Positions 42,985 through 54,958 of a stretch of DNA of 64,000 nt are shown here, in pieces (position 1 is the stretch's first letter; each line of letters opens with the position of its first letter). A program made the translations under genes and the position numbers. Source of the stretch: Eledone cirrhosa (Eukaryota); the NCBI GenBank assembly GCA_964016885.1, contig OZ024740.1, positions 379,874,001-379,938,000 of the forward strand. The letters are read 5' to 3'. Below the pieces are notes generated by a model, which had not been told where the DNA came from, made no database searches, and saw only the letters and a list, made by a program, of their open reading frames with translations.

Positions 42985-44393
42985 CTCTATTTATCTTAAG
43001 GATGTTGTACATGTCATGTAAAAGGTCGGTCACACGGGACAAAGATAGAAAAGGGAGAAAAAAGAAAGAGAGCGATGGTAGCGATGTTGGGGGTGTCAGC
43101 AGCGGCGAACCTTTTTAAATCCCTTACTGTAAAGGGGTGGTACGAGTATGCGTGTGAATTGGTGTCTGTAAGAGCACGTGCGTGCGCGTCAGATAGCAAA
43201 GGGAGAGAACAAAAAGATGAGTTACTTTTACGAAAAATATTGTTTATCCTTAAATTGTAGTGAGTAACATATTCTATTTTGTTAGAGTCAGTCATTTATT
43301 AAATGTGTGTGTGTATAACGTATATAACGTATATAACGTATATATAAAACATTTAACACGTCATATCGGTGGTTGTTTCTAATTAAGTCATGGAATTTCC
43401 ACGGGGTCAGCTAGTTGCTATACGTTTCGTAAAGGACCTAATTAAAACATGATTGCTGAGCTGGCTCACAAAGAGCTTTTCTCGACGACGTTCAACTATT
43501 CTGAAGAAGTCATTGTATAATGGTCAGCTCTTCTTAATGCGAAACATTTTATTGTTAATAAAGGCTTCCTACCATTTCATTGTTTGTTTTGTTTGTTTGT
43601 TTAAACTGCAACAGCTAGACTAACATGCGGGTGTTAACATTGAAATTTCAGTCACCATTAGAGCTTTATTCACCAGCTGTGGTTTTAGTCTGTGTTATAC
43701 ATGCATTAAATGAAGTGGAAGTTTACAATTTCTAATAATTTAAATTTTCTTTTAAACACAATATAGTGGTTTTTAAGTGTTTCTGACGATTGTCTGTAAT
43801 AAAGCAGCCGATAAAAGCTTAATGAGATGTATTGTCTGAGTCGTAGGTTGGAATTTCCACAAAAAGTTTGCTGCGTCAAACGTTTTGAATCAGTAAAAAT
43901 TGATTATCAGTGAATGAAAAAAAAAGTGTCTGTTACCGGTGAATTTTGTATGCGTCTACAGAGAATGGTTGGGGGTCGTTTTCATAGATACAATGTAAAA
44001 AGCATAAAGGTCCTTTAATTCTTGATGGAGTCAAAGGAGTCGCGCCCTGACACACTGCGTGTCTTGGGAAATTTAAACCTGGCGCAGCCCATGACCCTGC
44101 AAGATATACAATAGTTTACTTTAACTGGATTCAAAACTTAATCCTGTTATTTACATTCGGAATAACCTGTAGCCCTTTTACGAATCTATCAATTTACCGT
44201 CCTTCTTCCTTTTTAGAAGGACGGATTAGACCAAGCATTTGCTCGAAGAATGAAAGACACTGAACCATTATTCTAGCTTGCAACATATATAGCCCCGATC
44301 TCATTGCCAGCTACCTAGTACACTAGAGAAAACATTGATACTAGAGCTTATATAGACTTGACTGCAGATAGACATTACATCAATGATATTGAT

Positions 44394-44510
44394 ATGAAAA
44401 CCACAAGCACCTCTAGCCTTACTATGCGTCGAAACTTCTTGCCAACAAAAGAAATCGTTTCAGTCATTGTCGTTCCCGTTTCTATTTTCTGTGTTAGTTG
44501 TTTTGTTATG
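44394..44510 (+). CDS. Probable first coding exon (exon 44217-44510) encoding an N-terminal signal anchor or signal peptide
   Basis: Acceptor ccttcttcctttttag|44217 and donor ATG|GTAAGT at 44511. MKTTSTSSLTMRRNFLPTKEIVSVIVVPVSIFCVSCFVM has basic residues followed by a hydrophobic helix, with an in-frame stop upstream. Confidence 0.5.
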
Positions 44511-45063
44511 GTAAGTATCATGGTATAGAGGGGGATTTCGTTAAATAGAGTTTATGGTCTGATTTCTATTCTTTGGTCAAACTGTTCAATCATATAAACG
44601 AAGCCCATGGGAAAGCATAAATCCCGAATTCCCCAAAACTAACGCATTAAGCGTAGCTAAGATAGTACAAATTGTAATAAGGAATTCTAGACGTAGTTTA
44701 GTTGCAACAGCTTTCTACAGTTCTAATGCAGAATTACGAATTAAGCTTGGTGAAAATAAGTATTTTCTACCGGATATTAATATACAGAAATGGCGAATGG
44801 AATATTATAGTTGTTACAACAGCAACAGCAACAACGACAATTTCCTGCGTTTAGCTACTAGGGCCAATTACATCGTCATCTATACTTGTAATTACATGAA
44901 ACTTTAAAACTTATAAGGTTACGAGAGTGGAGTGTAGATGAACAAGACAGTCGCGTTATACAAAATAATATTTAAAAACTGTGTGAAAATAAGGACATAT
45001 AATAATAAATAACCATGGAGAAGGTAATAAATAAACAAGGCAGTATTGTTCTTAAGTTGTTCA

Positions 45064-45167
45064 TAAATCGTTTCTACTTTTGGCACAAGACCAGCAATTA
45101 TCCCAGTGCATTACTGGTACTTTATTTTATCGACCCCATAATGATGAAAGGCAAAGTTAACCTCGGC
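45064..45167 (-). mobile_element. 5'-truncated SINE family A
   Basis: Core and tail only. Confidence 0.88.
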
Positions 45168-45559
45168 AAATAAAACACATTTAGGGCTTCCACTAACATA
45201 CGTTGAGAATTAGGAGCTTAGGTAGAGTTAGAGCACTATACGTTGCTGGTTGCCATTTATTAGTGCACCCAACAATTTCCGTATGCGCTTTTTTTGTTTG
45301 TTTGTTTTTGGTGCATTGGCAGAATTGTTTGAAAGTCGGATACAATGCCATTTCGGTATTCCTTCTTGCTCTTTACATTCTGTGTTAAAGTCCCACCAAT
45401 GTCACTTTTGTCTTTCATTTTTCGGGATTGATTAAATAAGATACCAGTCAATTACAGGGGTTGATTTAATCGACTTTGGCTTTGTGTATAAATTAGAAGT
45501 TGTGCCTTTCCGTGGACCGAATTAAAAAGTTTCCCACGTATTCTGGATATTCTTCCTTT

Positions 45560-46620
45560 AACTCGTGATAATAATCAAGTATTGTTTTTAATGAAAGTGT
45601 ATAGCTTGAAGTATTTTTGTATTCCTGCCCTATTTGGTATTTGCTTAATAAAAGGTCTCTGCAATATTCTTTGCACCACATCATTTTTATTTTCCCTGAG
45701 AGTGGTTTGTCCGTTTCTAGAAGGATTGTAATATTTCCTGTTATTTTCACCTCCATCATCTGTTTTACGTGGTTTTAAGTGACACTCGTATTTAATTTCC
45801 CTACTCTTTCGGTACTTTCTGTCCTCTCCGTCGTGTGAAGATGTTAAAGATGTATTTTTAGTTGTGGGGAAAGGAGGGCACTTGCTCATCGAACTATGGG
45901 AACAAACGCGCAACGGACACTTTGGACCCTCGCGGAGTCAGTGCTGTTTATCTTTATTGCTGTTTCACACCATTATTTTCTATTTTCTCACTGTCACTGT
46001 TGGTTATAGCCGCGGGAAGGAGTTCTTCGGCTTACTTGTTAGTTTATAGTATTGAGGGTGGGCTGAGTTTTCTAGCAATTCTGGAGCTTAGTCAGACAAC
46101 AATTTATTCTGGTCCATGTTCTCGGTGTCTCTAATAGAGTATTTTTTCTTCTGTCTTTGCTGTTTCTGTAGGCAGAAAGCCCTCTAGTAGATTTTATTGC
46201 CACAATTATGATGGCTGAGCTATCTGTCCTATATCGTTAGTCTAAATGGTCATATTTCTGCGTCGGTGATTAAGTTTAGCTTGGATGTGAGCTTGAGGTT
46301 TTGAAGAGTTATAGATGTTTGCAATTACATATGCCCCACGCCCACTTCCTGAACACGTCATATGCTATTACCTCGGCAATTACAACCCATCGATATTGCG
46401 CTTCAAATGCAACGACATGCCAGGGCTTAATACCTCTGATAATACACCTTGTGTTGAGTTGATCTATATACTGTGTGTAAAGCTTACCACTTTAGTTTGC
46501 CGCTGGACATTGTCTTTGGTCCCGAAAAGCATGCGTGCATTTAGTCTCAGTCAATGGACAAAATGATGTCTCCTCCATCAGTTGAAGCTTATTTTAATTC
46601 CTTTTCGAATGTGAGCCATA
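45560..46620 (-). pseudogene. Degenerate Penelope-like thumb/GIY-YIG remnant (different family)
   Basis: LRVCSH...KC...EDRKYRKSREIKYECHLKP resembles the PLE endonuclease C-terminus (VSxH..C..RK..E..YI....P.LN). Broken frames lie upstream. Confidence 0.45.
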
Positions 46621-46940
46621 AATATGTTAACTTTGTTCCTTCCAGATACCCCCACTCAAAATACCAGTTTTCGGTAAGATAAAGGAGTTACTCTAGTACA
46701 TGTATCCATACTGAATTATGAATAAGCGAAAGGTTTAAAAATGTTCCAAAAATAAATATTCCATTCAACCCGTATTCGTATTCGTATTCTGTTCACCTTA
46801 AGTGATGCAGAGTGGACAGGAAAATGTTCGGAATTTTTCATTTGGTAAAATATTCCAAATTATTTTCCTTTTATAGGTACGAGGTAATATTGGGAGAGCG
46901 AAGCGAACACGGTCGCCCAGGCTGAATACAAATACAAAAA

Positions 46941-47305
46941 TAATAATTGTTTCTACTTTTTGGCACAAGTCCAGCAATTACCCAGTACATTACTGGTACT
47001 TTATTTTATCGACCCCGTAAGGATGAAAGGCAAAGTTAACCTCGGCGGGATTTGAACTCAAACCGTAAAGGGACGTAACTATGCTAGAAAGCACGGCGTC
47101 CAACCCTCTGCTGATACTGCCAATTCACCAAGACCAGCATTTTAGGAGGAGGAGGGGAAAGTGGATTACATCGACTCCATTACTTGACCGGTAGTTTTAT
47201 TTTATCGACCTGCAGCCTGGAAGGATGACAGACATAGCTGACTTCGGCGGGATTTTAACTCAGAACGCAAAGATCTGGAACAAATACCACAAAGCATTTG
47301 TCCGA
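46941..47305 (-). mobile_element. Two adjacent SINEs (family A 46941-47130; related older copy 47135-47305)
   Basis: The family-A core appears twice on the minus strand. Confidence 0.88.
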
Positions 47306-47693
47306 CAATATATTTTATTAATGTTTTGTGAACATTGACATCAAAGAAACTGAAGAACTCTTTTTTCTAGAAATGCAACATGAATCCTGAATTGTAATGA
47401 AAATTTAAATGGAATTTCCCCTTTTCTACTTGCAAAATGTCAATGACAAGAACATCAAATAAATAAAATGTTGCCTTTTAACATGTTTGTCATTTTTTTC
47501 ATTACGTCGTCGCCATAGGTTACTTTTCGTTCCCTTAAACGTACTAGTTCAAGGAGAAATGCTATAACATCAACCAGAAATCTGATTCCAAATATTGAAG
47601 ATATATCAATAATTGTGTAACCTTGTGCTCCTATTTCGTAATTTGTGCAACAATTGCTAAAAACATTAATGAATAAATATTTATATCTTGATT

Positions 47694-47789
47694 TATTATA
47701 CAATAATATTCGACAGTTATTATACAATAATATTCGACAGTTATTATACAATAATATTCGACAGTTATTATACAATAATATTCGACAGC
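47694..47789. repeat. 24-bp minisatellite x4
   Basis: Unit TATTATACAATAATATTCGACAGT. Confidence 0.95.
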
Positions 47790-48488
47790 TATTAAAAAAT
47801 TAGCGAAGAGACCTTCATATTTCCTAATGTTCTTAAATTTATTTATTCTTATTTAGCTATACCTATTCATATATGACTTGATAAGAACATTTGAAGTAGA
47901 ATGTCTCTGAAGTTTCCTTTTGTATCTAACAAATTCACTGATTGTCATTTATTTTTGATAATTACCAACTGCTATCGACAGATATATTTTCCAAATACTC
48001 CCAACTCATTCGTTGGCTTTTTAGCTATATATCTTATTACCATAATTTCCTTCATAACTGTGATCGGTCAATCATATTAATGCACATTTAGACTTTTAAT
48101 GATTCTCTTACTTACTTTTTCAAAGTAAGGTTTTGAGGTTCCACGTGATAAAGTACATTTTAATAAAATGTTTCTTATTTGTTTATATGACTATATTCTC
48201 TTTCGACAATTGTTTCATTTAATTTCTGATTAAAACTAAAGTGTTGGAAAACTTCCGTAAGATATATACATGAGTTACACAACCTTTGGAAAATCGTGAA
48301 AATATAAGTTTGGTAACCACTGTTCCACTCTAACAGTATAAAATAATTTATATTTGTTCAGCAATCCGTTTAGCAACATTTTGACCAATATGTTCACTGA
48401 GGATGTCCAATAACTCCGAATAACGCTGATGGCACAGATTTATCTGTTAACACCAGCGTGCTTTATGTCGGTTAACAAAAACAAACTG

Positions 48489-49316
48489 TCGATCTGTGGA
48501 GTTACTGAAGAATTCACTGCATTCCACTTTTTATAAAATTCAACAATATTTAAGGAGTTATTTCTTCAACAATATATAGGGATCCATGGCCAATGGTTAC
48601 TACTCACTATGTAACTGGAATAACTAACGGGAAATGAGTTTATTCAAATGTTATTTAGCAAAGAGAAATGAATTAATCCCATAGGATTAATAGAATTCAA
48701 ATAGAATTCAAATAGTCCTGCAATATATCCAAAGAAGTTTGTTGAACAGAAAATATAAGGGGGCAAATGTTGATTTTTCTGCTTTTCTCTAACCAACCAC
48801 AAAGCCAACACAGACTCATCGTATCTTTTGAATCTCCGTAGAGACGTCCTTAGGCTACAACAAATAATTAAGAATAGAAAACGGATTAAATTATAATTAA
48901 AAACGTGTTTCCAAACTACTTCGTGCGAGTAGTTTAAGAACACATTGTAAATAGGATCTGTTGGAAATCATTTCTAAATTGCAATTACTTCTTCAATAGA
49001 TTGGGGAAGTCCTTGGAGAAAAACGTAACAGTTGTTATTACTAGGAATGTGATAGATAAATTATCAAAAGTCTAGTATTGGCTGACATGACAAAGTTATT
49101 GATGATAATTTTTTCTACTTTTGGCACAAGGCCAGCAATTACCCAGTGCATTACTGGTACTTTATTTTATTGACCCTGTAAGGATGAAAGGCAAAGTTAA
49201 CCTCGGCGCTATTGGCCATGCATCCCTATATATTGTTGAAGAAATAACTCCTTAAGTATTGTTGAATTTTATAAAAACTGGAATGAAGTGAATACTTCAG
49301 TAACTCCACAGATCGA
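48489..49316. repeat. ~106-bp inverted duplication (48489-48594 / 49211-49316) fused to a truncated SINE (49105-49208, minus)
   Basis: Direct reverse-complement match with few substitutions. Confidence 0.9.
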
Positions 49317-49458
49317 TTGATAATAATGAAAGATAACCATTTATTAATGAAGAAAATATTTAAGTAAGCGAGATTTTAATACTATACAGGTATACACATG
49401 ATAAGAACTATTTCTTTGAACACTGATAACAATATTACAAGTATCAAAGTATAAACAA

Positions 49459-49635
49459 ATAATGATTTCTGATTTAGGCACAAGGCCAACAATTTGGGGG
49501 AAGGGGGAAATCGATTAAATCGACCTCAGTGCATTACTGGTACTTTATTCTATCGACCCCGTAAGGATGAAAAGCAAAATTAAGTCCGACGGGCTTTGAA
49601 CTAAGAGAACTAACTGACTCTACCAATTCACCGTC
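49459..49635 (-). mobile_element. Family-A related SINE
   Basis: Core CATTACTGGTACTTTATTCTATCGACCCCGTAAGGATGAAA. Confidence 0.82.
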
Positions 49636-50419
49636 CTAAGCATCAACAAATAATAGATTTCCGTGGCAATGCAGTGTGCATAATTTTATTGGATTCCTCT
49701 TAGAGGGAGGTAATGGAAATCATTTTTATTTCAAAATTAATATTGTTTTCCTCAGTGATTGCCCGAATGTATAAAATACACAACATGCTTGTTGTGAACA
49801 CACTCATAAGTTTCATAAGATTAAGAAATCTCTAAAAATTAATGTACATAAGGGATAAGGGACAACTATAGAGATCTTTTACTTTTAGTCATCTCTATAT
49901 TCGTTCGTTGTCTTCTCTTTCTTAATTTCCGTAATTTTATTATTAATCTGTGACGAACGTGTCCTTTCTTATCCCCTCAATAATTGTTTCTACTTTTTTT
50001 AAAAAATGAATTTCATTTTAACACTAAATCTTACTTTCTTCTTCTTGCCCTTTTTCCCTTCTTTTTTCTTTTTTTCTTTACCTCCTTTTTTTCAGTCTCA
50101 CAGACTATTGTTGCCATAAAAAGCACTATACTTTCTCCTTTCTATGTGTACCTGTTATGATTTAATTGCTGTAAGTTATTGTTTTGTCTTGTCGTCTACT
50201 CCACAGACAGTGCTTTGGCTTATGTCAGACACTGGAACTCCGGGTGGACAAGCAGTACGTCGGAAGAGGTCGAAACTGCCAAAGTTCATCTCTACAGCTG
50301 AAAACCTTCGTGTTCTGTTTATCGTTTGTCTTTTTATTTTCAAAAACAAATTTCGTTAAGGTTTCCCCTTTAAAAATGTTTTTCGTTCTGCTATGTTTTC
50401 ATTCGTTGTATTTTCATTG

Positions 50420-50609
50420 CGGTGGATTGGCAGTATCGGTAGAGGGTCGGGCGCCATGCTTTGGAGCATAGAGTTACGGTCCTTTATGATCTGAGCTCAA
50501 ATCCCGCCGAGGTTAACTTTGCATTTCATCCTTACGGGGTCGATAAAATAAAGTACCAGTAATGCACTGAGATAATTGCTGGCCTTGTGCCAAAAGTAGA
50601 AACAATTAT
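50420..50609 (+). mobile_element. SINE family A
   Basis: Full consensus with (TATT)n tail. Confidence 0.93.
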
Positions 50610-51392
50610 TTATTTATTTATATTCTCCTTACAACACCAACATACTTTCCGAAACCCGGCCCGGCGACATGCCACTATACTTTCGGGCTACATCTGGGAC
50701 CTCCAAGATAATAATATAACCTACAATCTCAGTTGGAGCGTACTGTCCAGAGCTAACTCTTACACGGGAAGACGCCGTCCGTGTAACTTATGCTCGGAGG
50801 AAACATTACAAATGCTGTTTTCGAAGGACCAACTCCTAAACAAGAAAGACGAACTGGTAACCGCATGCAAACACAGATTGCGTAGGACTTACCTCGCCCT
50901 CAAACCTCATAACGACCCGGGTGGGTAGACAAGGGCTGATACCCCCCACTTGCAAAATAAGTTAGGGGAAACCCCAGCTTACATAGGTAGATGTACCTCT
51001 TTTCTTTTCCTCTATGTTGTCTTCTTCCCCCTGTCTCATCCTATCACTTCCTTCCACCCCCGATCTTCTTCCTCGTCTGTTTTTCCCCTTCCGCCTACCC
51101 CGATGCAGCCCATCGGTCCTCTGTAGCCTCAGCACCCCACCCCTGTAATTTTAAGATAGAATTGGCCGAATACGCTTTACTAACTATTTATAGCAGATGT
51201 GTTAGACCCCTGTAATTTTGCATCATTTTTGTTACTACTCCAATTCTACAATTTCAATATTTCTTATTTAGTATTTTCTATTCTCAACCCATTAACCTGT
51301 AATTGTAAGATAGCATTGGCGGATTACGCTTTACTAACTATTTATAGCAGCTGTGTTAGACCCCTGAAAAGTTTGCATTATATTTTTTCACT

Positions 51393-51581
51393 TGGGTGGT
51401 GGATTGGCAGTATCGGTAGAGAGTCGGACGCCATGCTTTGACGCATAGAGTTACGGCCCTTGCCATTCTGAGTTCAAATCATGCCGAGGTTAACTTTGCC
51501 TTTCATCCTTACGGGGTCAATAAAATAAAGTACCAGTAATACACTGGAATCATTGCTGTCCTTGTGCCAAAAGTAGAAACA
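51393..51581 (+). mobile_element. SINE family A nested in Penelope 3' UTR, 16-bp TSD
   Basis: TSD ATTATATTTTTTCACT at 51377-51392 / 51582-51597. Confidence 0.95.
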
Positions 51582-52058
51582 ATTATATTTTTTCACTACC
51601 CACTTCTACAATTTCTTATTTAGTATTTTCCATTCTCAAATTATTAACCTTTTCTATAGCTTTGGCCGTACAAGCAACACCTACTAATTATAGCAGCTGT
51701 CTCTAGACTCTACTGTTTTTTTTTAAAATTAATTTCTCACTATCTAATTTTATATATTTTCTTTATATTTCTTTCTATTATTTTTTATTGTCCCCTACTC
51801 TCATTTGACTTACCTATTCTATTACTTCCCTCCTCCATTTTCTCCAGAACAATTTTTCGCCTTTTCATACACTATCCATAGAATCTGGTGTATAGATTTC
51901 ACTTTCAACGCTTGACCGGCTCCACTCACTCCCTCATCGTTCTACAGGCAACTTCAGCCACCCCTACCCCCCACCAAATGCCATGACAGACTTATTTGTG
52001 TTTACAACAAATTTTGACCAATCCTCTTGACAACTACAATCTTCCCATATAAGGAAGT

Positions 52059-52154
52059 ACCCCTTGACAAGTTCGGCTATTTATTTACCAGGGTAAAAAT
52101 TCTAATTTAGTCCAGAAATAGCCGTCGAAACGGCTTGAGCTCTGCCGTCGGGGT
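52059..52154 (+). ncRNA. Extended type I hammerhead, U3-A8 core (TTGACAA)
   Basis: ACCCC-TTGACAA-GTTCGGCTATTT...AAATAGCCGTC-GAAA-CGGC-TTGAGCTCT-GCCG-TC|GGGGT. Confidence 0.85.
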
Positions 52155-52166
52155 CATACTTTTTCC

Positions 52167-52214
<48 letters not shown>

Positions 52215-52271
52215 CATACATATATATATATATATGTATGTATGAATGTATATATATATCCCCGCGCGGAC

Positions 52272-52622
52272 ATATATGCGCGGGGACATAGAAATAGTTG
52301 GGCTGGACAACGGATCGCGCGGTTAAACCACTGAGAGTGAAGGACCCCTAGCATTTGTCAGAGCATTCTTCTAGGAGAAGGCAACTCAGGAAACTGGGAT
52401 AACTCCGATATAAAACCTGCGGCTCAATAGTTACCGATGATGTTGATCTTTTCTTCTTTTCGGGTTATAGCTACTGTCGCTCAGAGAGAGGGACTGGCTC
52501 AGTGCACAGTCTTTCCTCACTTTAAAAAATATCTTAACGCACAGGCATTGCACGATAGAATTAATTAATAATTATTAACAATGGTATATCGTGCAATGGC
52601 CATACTCGATAACGAGAGGGCA

Positions 52623-52629
<7 letters not shown>
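52272..52629 (+). mobile_element. Unclassified ~355-bp non-coding interspersed repeat, copy 1
   Basis: High identity to 53566-53923. It has a CTAGGAGAAGGCAACTC...AAAACC motif reminiscent of RTE UTRs, a 3' hairpin CATTGCACGATA/TATCGTGCAATG, and is embedded in (TA)n. Confidence 0.75.
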
Positions 52630-52699
<70 letters not shown>

Positions 52700-52742
52700 T
52701 GTATGTATGTATGTATGTATGTATGTATGTATATATATATAT

Positions 52743-53396
52743 AGGAACCAGTAAGACCCCGACAGCTGAGCTCAAGCCGTTTCGACGGCTAATTCTGGAC
52801 TAAATGAAAATTTATCCTGGTATTTAAATAGCCGATCTTCTCAAGGGGTAATTCCATATATGGTCAAAGTGATTGTCAAAAATCAGTAGTAATTCTGTGG
52901 TTGCAAATTAGTAGGGGAGATGGTGGCTAAACCTGCCAGTAGGAGAAAGAGGGGAGGGGGTGGAGTAGACCCAATCAAGCGTTGGTAGTGCCAGCTACAG
53001 CTGGACATGAGGTCAAAGAAGATACAGGGGAGGGGGAGGGGGAGGTAGTCGGAACGGTAGGTAGAACAATGGGGGGTAGAAAAATATATATAGGAAAGAA
53101 AAAATACTGAGAGTGAAGAAAAGCAAATAAGTGTAAAGAAAAAAGTAAAGTAAATTAAATTCTACGACCTAGGTCTCAGGCTATTGTTAGGCTAGGATAA
53201 AATAAAGAAATAAATAAATAAAGAAATAACGAAATAAGTAAAAGAACTAGGTGGGACGGAATAGGCAAGGACCCTTTTAAGAGGTATAAGTACGTAAAGG
53301 GGTCTTACTGGTTCCTATTACCCACTCTACTACCTCAAGTATTGAGTACTTTGGTGCGTTATGGTCCACCTGGTTCCTTACCACATTTCCTTCGTT
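52743..53396. mobile_element. Penelope insertion: inverted arm (52743-53296, diverged subfamily) plus forward tail (53299-53396)
   Basis: The minus arm is homologous to 21750-22025 and ends at TTCCT. The plus arm runs from GGGGTC to TTCGTT, with (TA)n on both sides. Confidence 0.9.
52756..52849 (-). ncRNA. Extended type I hammerhead, U3-A8 core (TTGAGAA)
   Basis: Minus strand reads ACCCC-TTGAGAA-GATCGGCTA...TAGCCGTC-GAAA-CGGC-TTGAGCTCA-GCTG-TC|GGGGT. Confidence 0.85.
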
Positions 53397-53565
53397 ATAT
53401 ATATATATATATATATTTATATTGGACAGATTGCAGGACAAAAAACAAAACCTGACAAAGGGTGGAAGAACTCATAAGAGTCAACGGCTATCCAAAAGTG
53501 TGTAAATATGTATATACACTTGTAAATATGTATGTATATGTGTATATACATTGTTGCATGTGTAT

Positions 53566-53922
53566 GTATATGCGTGGGGACATAGAAATAGTCGGGCTGG
53601 ACACCCGATCGCGTGGTTAAACCACTGGGAGTGAAGGACTCCTAGTCTTTGTCAGGGTATTCTTCTAGGAGAAGGCAACTCAGGAAACTGGGATAACTCC
53701 GACATAAAACCTCAGTAGTTACCGATGATGTTGATCTTTTCTTCTTTTCGGGTTATAGCTACTGTCGCTCAGAGAGAGAGAGAGATTGGCTCAGTGCACA
53801 GTTTTTCCTCACTTTAAAAAATATCTTCATACACAGGCATTGCACGATAGAATATAATTAATAATTATTAATAATGGTTTATCGTGCAATGGCCATACTC
53901 GATAACCAGGGGGCAGCTAATC

Positions 53923-53923
<1 letters not shown>
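53566..53923 (+). mobile_element. Unclassified ~355-bp non-coding interspersed repeat, copy 2
   Basis: Direct repeat of 52272-52629. Confidence 0.75.
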
Positions 53924-53985
<62 letters not shown>

Positions 53986-54259
53986 GAATGTATGTGTGTG
54001 CGTGTGTGCATGTAGGTATCAATCGATGGATCACCTGTTAGATAGAGATAGATATAGGGATATGAATCAGTGAGCAACACAATCGAAGTAAACAAATAAG
54101 AAGACATCGATTTGGAGGTTTCACTTGAAAGGAATCAATTACATGTAATTGTCTCTTTCCCATTGGGATATAGGGAAAGTCTTTAATCCCTTTTTACTGA
54201 TATAGAGCAGAACATTACTCATGATGCCATTGATGAACATGAAAATGGGTGTGGTGATG

Positions 54260-54505
54260 TTGCTGTGATGGTGACAGTAGTGATGTTGTTGATGATGATG
54301 ATGATAATGATGATGATGATGAGGAGGAGGAGGAGGAGGAAATGGAAGCTAATGTTGATGAAGAAATATGAGGATGGGACAAAGAAGAAGAAGAAGAAGA
54401 AGAAGAAGAAGAAGAAGAAGAAGAAGAAGAAGAAGATGATGATGATGATGACTTGTAATATAATAAGGCCGCATTTTAAAAAGACCATAACAACAACAAC
54501 AACAA
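54260..54505. repeat. Compound trinucleotide tract (GAT)n/(GAG)n/(AAG)n/(CAA)n
   Basis: Direct observation. Confidence 0.92.
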
Positions 54506-54802
54506 GAAAGGCGGCTAAGATGAAAATATGGGGATACTACCATTATCGGAATGACTACGAAGTGGTACGAACAGTGATGACGGAAACGGTGTGACTGATG
54601 ACAATGATGACAATAAACTATGCTGCTGATGATTATGTCATCACGTTTTTTTAAATTTTAAATAAATATTTAGAATGAAAGTAATACGATGTCGCCTCTG
54701 TTATTTTCTTTTTTACTCACACATTCATTTCAAACATACCACTCTCTATTTAGCTAACTGCCCGTCTATTCTTATGCATGTGTCTGTCTGTCTATCTATC
54801 TA

Positions 54803-54958
54803 GTGGTGGTTTGGCAGAATCGGTAGAGCGTCAAACACATTGCGTTCTGAGTTCAAATCCACCGAGGTTAACTTTGCCTTTCATCCTTCCGGGGTCGATA
54901 AAATAAAATACCAGTAATGCACTGGGTTAATCGCTGGCCTTGTGCCAAAAGTAGAAAC
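54803..54958 (+). mobile_element. SINE family A
   Basis: Head with a small deletion, core and tail. Confidence 0.9.

Larger units (their letters stand above)
50625..52167 (+). mobile_element. 5'-truncated copy of the Naiad-type Penelope element (GIY-YIG end, 3' UTR, pLTR short end)
   Basis: HTFRNPARRHAT...CNLCSEETLQ...LLNKKDELVTACKH is nearly identical to 20670-20950. The UTR is collinear. Confidence 0.95.

Noticed and set aside
43497-43555. CTGAAGA...CGAAAC hammerhead-like motif
   Set aside because: Stem II does not close adjacent to GAAA, and no stem I or stem III pairing was found.
47694-47789. CRISPR-like array
   Set aside because: The units are head-to-tail with no spacers, the context is eukaryotic, and there are no cas genes.
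50096-50170. Second exon for the 44394 gene after a strong pyrimidine tract
   Set aside because: Both candidate acceptors give early stops in phase 0, and the T-rich tract may be a retroelement UTR.
50587-50928. 113-aa ORF as an independent gene
   Set aside because: It is a chance fusion of a SINE tail to a truncated Penelope GIY-YIG fragment, with no true ATG.
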